Shown here one piece after another: positions 1-14,400 of a stretch of 64,000 nt of DNA. Under the pieces are notes generated by a model. It saw only the letters and a program-made list of their open reading frames with translations. It had not been told where the DNA came from and made no database searches. Location of the stretch: assembly GCA_964035545.1 (NCBI GenBank), contig OZ037766.1, forward strand, positions 18,377,081 to 18,441,080. Direction: 5' to 3'. This stretch comes from Bugula neritina (taxonomy: Eukaryota; Animalia; Bryozoa). The translations under genes and the position numbers were made by a program. Position 1 is the stretch's first letter; the number at the start of each line of letters is the position of its first letter.

Positions 1-2370
1 AGTATGTTTCAGTGGGTTATAGTATATTTCAGTATGATACAGCGTCTTTCAGTATGTTACAGTGTATTTCAGTATGTTGCAGTATTTTGCAATATGTTTC
101 AGTATGTTACAGTGTATTTCAGTATGTTGCAGTATAATTCAGTATGTTACAATAAATTTCAGTATGCTCCAGTACATTTCCGTAAATTACACTATACTTC
201 AGTGAGTTGTAGTATATTTCAGTATCTTGCAGTATATCTCAGTATGTTACAGTATATTTCAGTATGTTACAGTATATTTCAGTGTGTTACAGTAAATGTC
301 AGTATGTTACAGTGCATTTGCAGATATTACACTATACTTCAGTGAGTTTTAGTGTCTTTCAGTATGTTGCAGTATATTTCAGTATGTTGCAGTATTTTGC
401 AACATATTTTAGTATGTTACGGTGTATTTCAGTACGTTGCGGTATATTTCAGTATGATACAATAAATTTCAGTGTGTTACAGTACATTTTTGCAAATTAC
501 ACTATACTTCAGTGAGTTGTAGTATATTTCAGTATCTTGCAGTATATCTCAGTATGTTACAGTTTATTTCAGTATGTTCCAGTATATTTCAGCGTGTTTC
601 AGTATATTTCAGTATGCCACAGTGCATTTTCAGATTTTTCACTATACTTCAGTGAGTTTTAGTGTCTTTCAGGATGTTGCAGTATATTTCGGTATCTTGC
701 AACTTATTTCAATGTGTTGCATTGTATTTCAATATGTTACAGTGTATTTCAGTATGTTGCAGTATGTTGCAGTGTACTTCAGTATGTTACAGTGTATTTC
801 AGTAGGTTTCAGTATCTTGCAGTATATTTCAGTATGTTGCAGTATTTTTCAGTGGGTTACAGTATATTCCAGCATGTTCCAGTATGTTGCAGTATATTTC
901 AGTATGTTGCAGTGTATTTCAGTATGTTACAGTGTATTTCAGTAGTTTGCAACATATTTCAGTAGGTTACCATATATTTCCGTATGTTGCAGCATATTTC
1001 AATGTGTTCCAGTGTATTTCAATATGTTACAGTGTGTTTCAGTATGTTGCAGTATGTTGCAGTGTATTTCTGTACGTTACAGTGTATTTCAGTATGTTGC
1101 AGTATATTTCAGTATGTTACAGTATGTTTCAGTATGTTACAGTGCATTTGCAGATATTACACTATACTTCAGTGAGTTTTAGTGTCTTTCAGTATGTTGC
1201 AGTATATTTCAGTATGTTGCAGTATTTTGCAATATATTTTAGTATGTTACGGTGTATTTCAGTACGTTGCAGTATGTTTCAGTATGATACAATAAGTTTC
1301 AGTGTGTTACAGTACATTTCTGCAAATTACACTATACTTCAGTGAGTTGTAGTATATTTCAGTATCTGGCAGTATATCTCAGTATGTTACAGTTTATTTC
1401 AGTATGTTCCAGTATATTTCAGCGTCTTTCAGTATATTTCAGTATGCCACAGTGCATTTTCAGATTTTTCACTATACTTCAGTGAGTTTTAGTGTCTTTC
1501 AGTATGTTGCAGTGTATTTCAGTATGTTACAGTGTATTTCAGTAGTTTGCAACATATTTCAGTAGGTTACCATATATTTCCGTATGTTGCAGCATATTTC
1601 AATGTGTTGCAGTGTATTTCAATATGTTACAGTGTATTTCAGTATGTTGCAGTGTGTTGCAGTGTATTTCTGTATGTTACAGTGTATTTCAGTATGTTGC
1701 AGTATATTTCAGTATGTTACAGTATGTTTCAGTATGTTGCAGTATATTTCCGTGGGTTATAGTATATTTCAGTATGATACAGCGTATTTCAGTATGTTAC
1801 AGCGTATTTCAGTATGTTGCAGTATTTTGCAATGCATTTCAGTATGTTACAGTGTATTTCAGTATGTTGCAGTATATTTCAGTATGTTACAATAAATTTC
1901 AGTATGTTACAGTACTTTTCTGTAAATTACACTATACTTCAGTGAGTTGTAGTATATTTCAGTATCTTGCAGTATATCTCAGTATGTTACAGTATATTTC
2001 AGTACGTTACAGTATATTTCAGTGTGTTACAGTATGTTGCAGTATATTTCAGCAGTTTGCAACATATTTCAGTAGGTCACCATATATTTCGGTATGTTGC
2101 AGCATATTTAAATGTGTTGCAGAGTATTTCAATACGTTACAGTGTATTTCAGTATGTTGAAGTATATTCCAGTGTGTTGCAAGATATTTCAATGGGTTAT
2201 AGTATATTTCAGTATGATACAGCGTCTTTCAGTATGTTACAGTGTATTTCAGTATGTTGCAGTATTTTGCAATATGTTTCAGTATGTTACAGTGTATTTC
2301 AGTATGTTGCAGTATAATTCAGTATGTTACAATAAATTTCAGTATGTTACAGTACATTTTCGTAAATTAC

Positions 2371-3160
2371 ACTATACTTCAGTGAGTTGTAGTATATTTC
2401 AGTATCTTGCAGTATATCTCAGTATGTTACAGTATATTTCAGGATGTTACAGTATATTTCACTGTGTTACAGTAAATTTCAATATATTACAGTGCATTTG
2501 CAGATATTACACTATACTTCAGTGAGTTTTAGTGTCTTTCAGTATGTTACAGTGTATTTCAGTATGTTGCAGTATTTTGCAATATATTTCAGTAGGTTAC
2601 AGTGTATTTCAGTATGTTGCAGTATAATTCAGTATGTTACAATAAATTTCCGTATGTTACAGTACATTTCCGTAAATTACACTATACTTCAGTGAGTTGT
2701 AGTATATTTCAGTATCTTGCAGTATCTCTCAGTATGTTACAGTATATTTCAGTATGTTACAGTATATTTCAGTGTGTTACAGTAAATTTCAGTATGTTAC
2801 AGTGCATTTGCAGATATTACACTATACTTCAGTGAGTTTTAGTGTCTTTCAGTATGTTGCAGTATACTTCAGTATGTCGCAGGATTTTGCAATATATTTC
2901 TGTATGTTACAGTATATTTCAGTACGTTGCCGTATATTTCAGTATGATACAATAAATTTCAGTGTGTTACAGTACATTTCTGCAAATTACACTATACTTC
3001 AGTGAGTTGTAGTATATTTTAGTATCTTGCAGGATATCTCAGTATGTTACAGTTTATTTCAGTATGTTCCAGTATATTTCAGCGTGTTTCAGTATATTTC
3101 AGCATGCCACAGTGCATTTTCAGATTTTTCACTATACTTCAGTGAGTTTTAGTGTCTTTC
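2371..3160 (+). repeat. Run of 310-bp (140+170) higher-order units
   Basis: Landmark ACTATACTTCAGTGAGTT starts at 2371, 2511, 2681, 2821, 2991, 3131 (spacings 140,170,140,170,140), alternating GTAG and TTAG suffixes. Confidence 0.9.
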
Positions 3161-6030
3161 AGTATGTTGCAGTATAATTCGGTATCTTGCAACTTATTTC
3201 AATGTGTTGCAATGTATTTCAATATGTTACAGTGTATTTCAGTATGTTGCAGTATGTTGCAGTGTATTTCAGTATGTTACAGTGTATTTCAGTAGGTTTC
3301 AGTATCTTGCAGTATATTTCAGTATGTTGCAGTGTATTTCAGTATGTTCCAGTGTATTTCAGTAGTTTTCAACATATTTCAGTACGTTACCATATATTTC
3401 GGTATGTTACAGCATATTTCAATGTGTTGCAGTGTTTTCAGTATGTTGCAGTATATTTCAGTGGGTTATAGTATATTCCAGTATGATACAGTGTATTTCA
3501 GTATGTTGCAGTGTTTTTCAATGTGTTACAGTATATTTCAGTATATTACCGTATATTTAGGTATGTTACAGTTTATTCCGATGTGTTGCAGTGTATTTCA
3601 GTATGTTACACTGTATTTCAGTATGTTGCAGTATTTTGCAATATATTTCAGTATGTTTCAGTTTTTCGCAGTATATTTCAGTGTGTTACAGCGTAATTCA
3701 GTATATCACAGTGCATTTTCAGGTATTACACGATACTTCAGTGAGTTTTAGTGTCGTTCAGTATGTTGCAGTATATTTCAGTATCTTGCAACATATTTCA
3801 ATGTGTTGCAATGCATTTCAATATGTTACTATGTATTTCAGTATGTTGCAGTATGTTGCAGTGTATTTCAGTATGTTACAGTGTATTTCAGTAGGTTTCA
3901 GTGTCTTGCAGTATATTTCAGCATGTTGCAGTATATTTCAGGATGTTGCAGTATGTTTCAGTATGTTACAGTATTTTGCAGTATTTTGCAGTATATTTCT
4001 GTGTGTTACAGTATATTTCATTATGTTGCAGTATGTTGCGGTATATTTCAGTAGTTTGCAACATATTTCAGTAGGTTACCATATATTTCGGTATGTTGCA
4101 GCATATTTCAATGTGTTGCAGTGTATTTCAATATGTTACAGTGTATTTCAGTATGTTGCAGTATGTTGCAGTATGTTGCAGTTTGCTGCAGTATGTTGCA
4201 GTGTATTTCTGTATGTTACAGTGTATTTCAGTATGTTGCAGTATATTTCAGTTTGTTACAGTATATTTCAGTATGTTGCAGTATATTTCAGTGGGTTATG
4301 GTATATTTCAGTATGATACAGCGTCTTTCAGTATGTTACAGTGTATTTCAGTATGTTGCAGTATTTTGCAATATGTTTCAGTATGTTACAGTGTATTTCA
4401 GTATGTTGCAGTATAATTCAGTATGTTACAATAAATTTCAGTATGTTACAGTACATTTCCGTAAATTACACCATACTTCAGTGAGTTGTAGTATATTTCA
4501 GTATCTTGCAGTATATTTCAGTATGTTATAGTATATTTCAGTATGTTACAGTATATTTCAGTGTGTTACAGTAAATTTCAGTATGTTACAGTGCATTTGC
4601 AGATATTACACTATACTTCAGTGAGTTTTAGTGTCTTTCAGTATGTTGCAGTATATTTCAGTATGTTGCAGTATTTTGCAATATATTTTAGTATGTTACA
4701 GTGTATTTCAGTACGTTGCAGTATATTTCAGTATGATACAATAAATTTCAGTGTGTTACAGTACATTTCTGCAAATTACACTATACTTCAGTGAGTTGTA
4801 GTATATTTCAGTATCTTGCAGCATATCTCAGTATGTTGCAGTTTATTTCAGTATGTTCCAGTATATTTCAGCGTGTTTCAGTATATTTCAGCATGCCACA
4901 GTGCATTTTCAGATTTTTCACTATACTTCAGTGAGTTTTAGTGTCTTTCAGTATGTTGCAGTATAATTCGGTATCTTGCAACTTATTTCAATGTGTTGCA
5001 ATGTATTTCAATATGTTACAGTGTATTTCAGTATGTTGCAGTATGTTGCAGTGTATTTCAGTATGTTACAGTGTATTTCAGTAGGTTTCAGTATCTTGCA
5101 GTATATTTCAGTATGTTGCAGTGTATTTCAGTATGTTCCAGTGTATTTCAGTAGTTTTCAACATATTTCTGTACGTTACCATATATTTCGGTATGTTACA
5201 GCATATTTCAATGTGTTGCAGTGTTTTCAGTATGTTGCAGTATATTTCAGTGGGTTATAGTATATTCCAGTATGATACAGTGTATTTCAGTATGTTGCAG
5301 TGTTTTTCAATGTGTTACAGTATATTTCAGTATATTACCGTATATTTAGGTATGTTACAGTTTATTCCGATGTGTTGCAGTGTATTTCAGGATGTTACAC
5401 TGTATTTCAGTATGTTGCAGTATTTTGCAATATATTTCAGTATGTTTCAGTATTTCGCAGTATATTTCAGTGTGTTACAGCGTAATTCAGTATATCACAG
5501 TGCATTTTCAGGTATTACACGATACTTCAGTGAGTTTTAGTGTCGTTCAGTATGTTGCAGTATATTTCAGTATCTTGCAACATATTTCAATGTGTTGCAA
5601 TGCATTTCAATATGTTACTATGTATTTCAGTATGTTGCAGTATGTTGCAGTGTATTTCAGTATGTTACAGTGTACTTCAGTAGGTTTCAGTGTCTTGCAG
5701 TATATTTCAGCATGTTGCAGTATATTTCAGGATGTTGCAGTATGTTTCAGTATGTTACAGTATTTTGCAGTATTTTGCAGTATATTTCTGTGTGTTACAG
5801 TATATTTCATTATGTTGCAGTATGTTGCGGTATATTTCAGTAGTTTGCAACATATTTCAGTAGGTTACCATATATTTCGGTATGTTGCAGCATATTTCAA
5901 TGTGTTGCAGTGTATTTCAATATGTTACAGTGTATTTCAGTATGTTGCAGTATGTTGCAGTATGTTGCAGTTTGCTGCAGTATGTTGCAGTGTATTTCTG
6001 TATGTTACAGTGTATTTCAGTATGTTGCAG
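2750..6030 (+). repeat. Tandem duplication, period 1789 bp (~1.8 copies)
   Basis: Matching spurious ORFs at 2754/4543, 3187/4976, 3803/5592; shared 1-bp deletion at ~3435 and ~5224. Boundaries approximate. Confidence 0.88.
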
Positions 6031-9000
6031 TATATTTCAGTGGGTTATGGTATATTTCAGTATGATACAGCGTCTTTCAGTATGTTACAGTGTATTTCAG
6101 TATGTTGCAGTATTTTGCAATATGTTTCAGTATGTTACAGTGTATTTCAGTATTTTGCAGTATAATTCAGTATGTTACAATAAATTTCAGTATGTTACAG
6201 TACATTTCCGTAAATTACACTATACTTCCGTGAGTTGTAGTATATTTCAGTATCTTGCAGTATATATCAGTATGTTACAGTATATTTCTGTATGTTACAG
6301 TATATTTCAGTGTGTTACAGTAAATTTCAGTATGTTACAGTGCATTTGCAGATATTACACTATACTTCAGTGAGTTTTAGTGTCTTTCAGTATGTTGCAG
6401 TATATTTCAGTATGTTGCAGTATTTTGCAATATATTTTAGTATGTTACGGTGTATTTCAGTACGTTGCAGTATATTTCAGTATGATACAATAAATTTCAG
6501 TGTGTTACAGTACATTTTTGCAAATTACGCTATACTTCAGTGAGTTGTAGTATATTTCAGTATCTTGCAGTATATCTCAGTATGTTACAGTTTATTTCAG
6601 TATGTTCCAGTATATTTCAGCGTGTTTCAGTATATTTCAGTATGCCACAGTGCACTTTCAGATTTTTCACTATACTTCAGTGAGTTTTAGTGTCTTTCAG
6701 TATGTTGCAGTATATTTCGGTATCTTGCAACTTATTTCAATGTGTTGCATTGTATTTCAATATGTTACAGTGTATTTCAGTATGTTGCAGTATGTTGCAG
6801 TGTACTTCAGTATGTTACAGTGTATTTCAGTAGGTTTCAGTATCTTGCAGTATATTTCAGTATGTTGCAGTCTATTTCAGTGGGTTACAGTATATTCCAG
6901 TATGTTCCAGTATGTTGCAGTATATTTTAGTATGTTACAGTGTATTTCTGTAGTTTGCAACATATTTCAGTAGGTTACCATATATTTCGGTATGTTGCAG
7001 CATATTTCAATGTGTTGCAGCGTATTTCAATATGTTACAGTGTATTTCAGTATGTTGCAGTATGTTGCAGTGTATTTCTGTATGTTACAGTGTATTTCAG
7101 TATGTTGCAGTATATTTCAGTATGTTACAGTATGTTTCAGTATGTTGCAGTATATTTCCGTGGGTTATAGTATATTTCAGTATGATACAGCGTATTTCAG
7201 TATGTTACAGTGTATTTCAGTATGTTGCAGTATATTTCAGTATGTTACAATAAATTTCAGTATGTTACAGTACATTTCCGTAAATTACACTATACTTCAG
7301 TGAGTTGTAGTATATTTCAGTATGTTGCAGTATATCTCAGTATGTTACAGTATATTTCAGTATGTTACAGTATATTTCAGTGTGTTACAGTAAATTTCAG
7401 TATGTTACAGTGCATTTGCAGATATTACACTATACTTCAGTGAGTTTTAGTGTCTTTCAGTATGTTGCAGTATATTTCAGTATGTTGCAGTATTTTGCAA
7501 TATATTTTAGTATGTTACGGTGTATTTCAGTACGTTGCAGTATATTTCAGTATGATACAATAAATTTCAGTGTGTTACAGTACATTTCTGCAAATTACAC
7601 TATACTTCAGTGAGTTGTAGTATATTTCAGTATCTTGCAGTATATCTCAGTATGTTACAGTTTATTTCAGTATGTTCCAGTATATTTCAGCGTCTTTCAG
7701 TATATTTCAGTATGCCACAGTGCATTTTCAGATTTTTCACTATACTTCAGTGAGTTTTAGTGTCTTTCAGTATGTTGCAGTATATTTCAGTATCTTGCAA
7801 CATATTTCAATGTGTTGCAATGCATTTCAATATGTTACAATGTATTTCAGTATGTTGCAGTATGTTGCAGTGTATTTCAGTATGTTACAGTGTATTTCAG
7901 TAGGTTTCAGTGTCTTGCAGTATATTTCAGCATGTTGCAGTATATTTCAGGATGTTGCAGTATGTTTCAGTATGTTACAGTATTTTGCCGTATTTTGCAG
8001 TTTATTTCAGTATGTTCCAGTATATTTCAGCGTTTTTCAGTATATTTCAGTATACCACAGTGCATTTTCAGATTTTTCACTATACTTCAGTGAGTTTTAG
8101 TGTCGGTCAGTATGTTGCAGTATATTTCAGTATCTTGCAACATATTTCAATGTGTTGCAATGCATTTCAATATGTTACAATGTATTTCAGTATGTTGCAG
8201 TATGTTGCAGTGTATTTCAGTATGTTACAGTGTATTTCAGTAGGTTTCAGTGTCTTGCAGTATATTTCAACATGTTGCAGTTTATTTCAGGATGTTGCAG
8301 TATGTTTCAGTATGTTACAGTATTTTGCCGTATTTTGCCGTATATTTCAGTGTGTTACAGTATATTTCATTATGTTGCAGTATGTTGCAGTATATTTCAA
8401 TAATTTGCAACATATTTCAGTAGGTTACCATATATTTCGGTATGTTGCAGCATATTTCAATGTGTTGCAGTGTATTTCAGTATGTTGCAGTATGTTGCAG
8501 TATGCTGCAGTATGTTGCAGTGTATTTCTGTATGTTACAGTGTATTTCAGTATGTTGCAGTATATTTCAGTTTGTTACAGTATATTTCAGTATGTTGCAG
8601 TATGTTTCAGTGGGTTATAGTATATTTCAGTATGATACAGCGTCTTTCAGTATGTTACAGTGTATTTCAGTATGTTGCAGTATTTTGCAATATGTTTCAG
8701 TATGTTACAGTGTATTTCAGTATGTTGCAGTATAATTCAGTATGTTACAATAAATTTCAGTATGCTCCAGTACATTTCCGTAAATTACACTATACTTCAG
8801 TGAGTTGTAGTATATTTCAGTATCTTGCAGTATATCTCAGTATGTTACAGTATATTTCAGTATGTTACAGTATATTTCAGTGTGTTACAGTAAATGTCAG
8901 TATGTTACAGTGCATTTGCAGATATTACACTATACTTCAGTGAGTTTTAGTGTCTTTCAGTATGTTGCAGTATATTTCAGTATGTTGCAGTATTTTGCAA

Positions 9001-12000
9001 CATATTTTAGTATGTTACGGTGTATTTCAGTACGTTGCAGTATATTTCAGTATGATACAATAAATTTCAGTGTGTTACAGTACATTTTTGCAAATTACAC
9101 TATACTTCAGTGAGTTGTAGTATATTTCAGTATCTTGCAGTATATCTCAGTATGTTACAGTTTATTTCAGTATGTTCCAGTATATTTCAGCGTGTTTCAG
9201 TATATTTCAGTATGCCACAGTGCATTTTCAGATTTTTCACTATACTTCAGTGAGTTTTAGTGTCTTTCAGGATGTTGCAGTATATTTCGGTATCTTGCAA
9301 CTTATTTCAATGTGTTGCATTGTATTTCAATATGTTACAGTGTATTTCAGTATGTTGCAGTATGTTGCAGTGTACTTCAGTATGTTACAGTGTATTTCAG
9401 TAGGTTTCAGTATCTTGCAGTATATTTCAGTATGTTGCAGTATTTTTCAGTGGGTTACAGTATATTCCAGCATGTTCCAGTATGTTGCAGTATATTTCAG
9501 TATGTTGCAGTGTATTTCAGTATGTTACAGTGTATTTCAGTAGTTTGCAACATATTTCAGTAGGTTACCATATATTTCCGTATGTTGCAGCATATTTCAA
9601 TGTGTTCCAGTGTATTTCAATATGTTACAGTGTGTTTCAGTATGTTGCAGTATGTTGCAGTGTATTTCTGTACGTTACAGTGTATTTCAGTATGTTGCAG
9701 TATATTTCAGTATGTTACAGTATGTTTCAGTATGTTACAGTGCATTTGCAGATATTACACTATACTTCAGTGAGTTTTAGTGTCTTTCAGTATGTTGCAG
9801 TATATTTCAGTATGTTGCAGTATTTTGCAATATATTTTAGTATGTTACGGTGTATTTCAGTACGTTGCAGTATGTTTCAGTATGATACAATAAGTTTCAG
9901 TGTGTTACAGTACATTTCTGCAAATTACACTATACTTCAGTGAGTTGTAGTATATTTCAGTATCTGGCAGTATATCTCAGTATGTTACAGTTTATTTCAG
10001 TATGTTCCAGTATATTTCAGCGTCTTTCAGTATATTTCAGTATGCCACAGTGCATTTTCAGATTTTTCACTATACTTCAGTGAGTTTTAGTGTCTTTCAG
10101 TATGTTGCAGTATATTTCAGTATCTTGCAACATATTTCAATGTGTTGCAATGCATTTCAATATGTTACAATGTATTTCAGTATGTTGCAGTATGTTGCAG
10201 TGTATTTCAGTATGTTACAGTGTATTTCAGTAGGTTTCAGTGTCTTGCAGTATATTTCAACATGTTGCAGTATATTTCAGGATGTTGCAGTATGTTTCAG
10301 TATGTTACAGTATTTTGCCGTATTTTGCCGTATATTTCAGTGTGTTACAGTATATTTCAATATGTTGCAGTATGTTGCGGTATATTTCAGTAGTTTGCAA
10401 CATATTTCAGTAGGTTACCATATATTTCGGTATGTTGCAGCATATTTCAATGTGTTGCAGTGTATTTCAATATGTTACAGTGTATTTCAGTATGTTGCAG
10501 TATGTTGCAGTATGTTGCAGTTTGCTGCAGTATGTTGCAGTGTATTTCTGTATGTTACAGTGTATTTCAGTATGTTGCAGTATATTTCAGTTTGTTACAG
10601 TATATTTCAGTATGTTGCAGTATATTTCAGTGGGTTATGGTATATTTCAGTATGATACAGCGTCTTTCAGTATGTTACAGTGTATTTCAGTATGTTGCAG
10701 TATTTTGCAATATTTTTCAGTATGTTACAGTGTATTTCAGTATGTTGCAGTATAATTCAGTATGTTACAATAAATTTCAGTATGTTACAGTACATTTCCG
10801 TAAATTACACTATACTTCAGTGAGTTGTAGTACATTTCAGTATCTTGCAGTATATATCAGTATGTTACAGTATATTTCTGTATGTTACAGTATATTTCAG
10901 TGTGTTACAGTAAATTTCAGTATGTTACAGTGCATTTGCAGATATTACACTATACTTCAGTGAGTTTTAGTGTCTTTCAGTATGTTGCAGTATATTTCAG
11001 TATGTTGCAGTATTTTGCAATATATTTTAGTATGTTACGGTGTATTTCAGTACGTTGCAGTATATTTCAGTATGATACAATAAATTTCAGTGTGTTACAG
11101 TACATTTTTGCAAATTACGCTATACTTCAGTGAGTTGTAGTATATTTCAGTATCTTGCAGTATATCTCAGTATGTTACAGTTTATTTCAGTATGTTCCAG
11201 TATATTTCAGCGTGTTTCAGTATATTTCAGTATGCCACAGTGCACTTTCAGATTTTTCACTATACTTCAGTGAGTTTTAGTGTCTTTCAGTATGTTGCAG
11301 TATATTTCGGTATCTTGCAACTTATTTCAATGTGTTGCATTGTATTTCAATATGTTACAGTGTATTTCAGTATGTTGCAGTATGTTGCAGTGTACTTCAG
11401 TATGTTACAGTGTATTTCAGTAGGTTTCAGTATCTTGCAGTATATTTCAGTATGTTGCAGTATATTTCAGTGGGTTACAGTATATTCCAGTATGTTCCAG
11501 TATGTTGCAGTATATTTCAGTATGTTACAGTGTATTTCTGTAGTTTGCAACATATTTCAGTAGGTTACCATATATTTCGGTATGTTGCAGCATATTTCAA
11601 TGTGTTGCAGCGTATTTCAATATGTTACAGTGTATTTCAGTATGTTGCAGTATGTTGCAGTGTATTTCTGTATGTTACGGTGTATTTCAGTATGTTGCAG
11701 TATATTTCAGTATGTTACAGTATGTTTCAGTATGTTGCAGTATATTTCCGTGGGTTATAGTATATTTCAGTATGATACAGCGTATTTCATTATGTTACAG
11801 TGTATTTCAGTATGTTGCAGTATATTTCAGTATGTTACAATAAATTTCAGTACGTTACAGTACATTTCCGTAAATTACACTATACTTCAGTGAGTTGTAG
11901 TATATTTCAGTATGTTGCAGTATATCTCAGTATGTTACAGTATATTTCAGTATGTTACAGTATATTTCAGTGTGTTACAGTAAATTTCAGTATGTTACAG

Positions 12001-14400
12001 TGCATTTGCAGATATTACACTATACTTCAGTGAGTTTTAGTGTCTTTCAGTATGTTGCAGTATATTTCAGTATGTTGCAGTATTTTGCAATATATTTTAG
12101 TATGTTACGGTGTATTTCAGTACGTTGCAGTATATTTCAGTATGATACAATAAATTTCAGTGTGTTACAGTACATTTCTGCAAATTACACTATACTTCAG
12201 TGAGTTGTAGTATATTTCAGTATCTTGCAGTATATCTCAGTATGTTACAGTTTATTTCAGTATGTTCCAGTATATTTCAGCGTCTTTCAGTATATTTCAG
12301 TATGCCACAGTGCATTTTCAGATTTTTCAGTATACTTCAGTGAGTTTTAGTGTCTTTCAGTATGTTGCAGTATATTTCAGTATCTTGCAACATATTTCAA
12401 TGTGTTGCAATGCATTTCAATATGTTACAATGTATTTAAGTATGTTGCAGTATGTTGCAGTGTATTTCAGTATGTTACAGTGTATTTCAGTAGGTTTCAG
12501 TGTCTTGCAGTATATTTCAGCATGTTGCAGTATATTTCAGGATGTTGCAGTATGTTTCAGTATGTTACAGTATTTTGCCGTATTTTGCAGTTTATTTCAG
12601 TATGTTCCAGTATATTTCAGCGTTTTTCAGTATATTTCAGTATGCCACAGTGCATTTTCAGATTTTTCACTATACTTCAGTGAGTTTTAGTGTCGGTCAG
12701 TATGTTGCAGTATATTTCAGTATCTTGCAACATATTTCAATGTGTTGCAATGCATTTCAATATGTTACAATGTATTTCAGTATGTTGCAGTATGTTGCAG
12801 TGTATTTCAGTATGTTACAGTGTATTTCAGTAGGTTTCAGTGTCTTGCAGTATATTTCAACATGTTGCAGTATATTTCAGGATGTTGCAGTATGTTTCAG
12901 TATGTTACAGTATTTTGCCGTATTTTGCCGTATATTTCAGTGTGTTACAGTATATTTCATTACGTTGCAGTATGTTGCAGTATATTTCAATAGTTTGCAA
13001 CATATTTCAGTAGGTTACCATATATTTCGGTATGTTGCAGCATATTTCAATGTGTTGCAGTGTATTTCAGTATGTTGCAGTATGTTGCAGTATGCTGCAG
13101 TATGTTGCAGTGTATTTCTGTATGTTACAGTGTATTTCAGTATGTTGCAGTATATTTCAGTTTGTTACAGTATATTTCAGTATGTTGCAGTATGTTTCAG
13201 TGGGTTATAGTATATTTCAGTATGATACAGCGTCTTTCAGTATGTTACAGTGTATTTCAGTATGTTGCAGTATTTTGCAATATGTTTCAGTATGTTACAG
13301 TGTATTTCAGTATGTTGCAGTATAATTCAGTATGTTACAATAAATTTCAGCATGCTCCAGTACATTTCCGTAAATTACACTATACTTCAGTGAGTTGTAG
13401 TATATTTCAGTATCTTGCAGTATATCTCAGTATGTTACAGTATATTTCAGTTTGTTACAGTATATTTCAGTGTGTTACAGTAAATGTCAGTATGTTACAG
13501 TGCATTTGCAGATATTACACTATACTTCAGTGAGTTTTAGTGTCTTTCAGTATGTTGCAGTATATTTCAGTATGTTGCAGTATTTTGCAACATATTTTAG
13601 TATGTTACGGTGTATTTCAGTACGTTGCAGTATATTTCAGTATGATACAATAAATTTCAGTGTGTTACAGTACATTTTTGCAAATTACAGTATACTTCAG
13701 TGAGTTGTAGTATATTTCAGTATCTTGCAGTATATCTCAGTATGTTACAGTTTATTTCAGTATGTTCCAGTATATTTCAGCGTGTTTCAGTATATTTCAG
13801 TATGCCACAGTGCATTTTCAGATTTTTCACTATACTTCAGTGAGTTTTAGTGTCTTTCCGGATGTTGCAGTATATTTCGGTATCTTGCAACTTGTTTCAA
13901 TGTGTTGCATTGTATTTCAATATGTTACAGTGTATTTCAGTATGTTGCAGTATGTTGCAGTGTACTTCAGTATGTTACAGTGTATTTCAGTAGGTTTCAG
14001 TATCTTGCAGTATATTTTAGTATGTTGCAGTATTTTTCAGTGGGTTACAGTATATTCCAGCATGTTCCAGTATGTTGCAGTATATTTCAGTATGTTGCAG
14101 TGTATTTCAGTATGTTACAGTGTATTTCAGTAGTTTGCAACATATTTCAGTAGGTTACCATATATTTCCGTATGTTGCAGCATATTTCAATGTGTTCCAG
14201 TGTATTTCAATATGTTACAGTGTGTTTCAGTATGTTGCAGTATGTTGCAGTGTATTTCTGTATGTTACAGTGTATTTCAGTATGTTGCAGTATATTTCAG
14301 TATGTTACAGTATGTTTCAGTATGTTACAGTGCATTTGCAGATATTACACTATACTTCAGTGAGTTTTAGTGTCTTTCAGTATGTTGCAGTATATTGCAG
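5800..14400 (+). repeat. Tandem duplication, period 4590 bp (~1.9 copies)
   Basis: Matching blocks at 6292/10882, 6602/11192, 7672/12262, 8862/13452, 9172/13762. Boundaries approximate. Confidence 0.88.
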
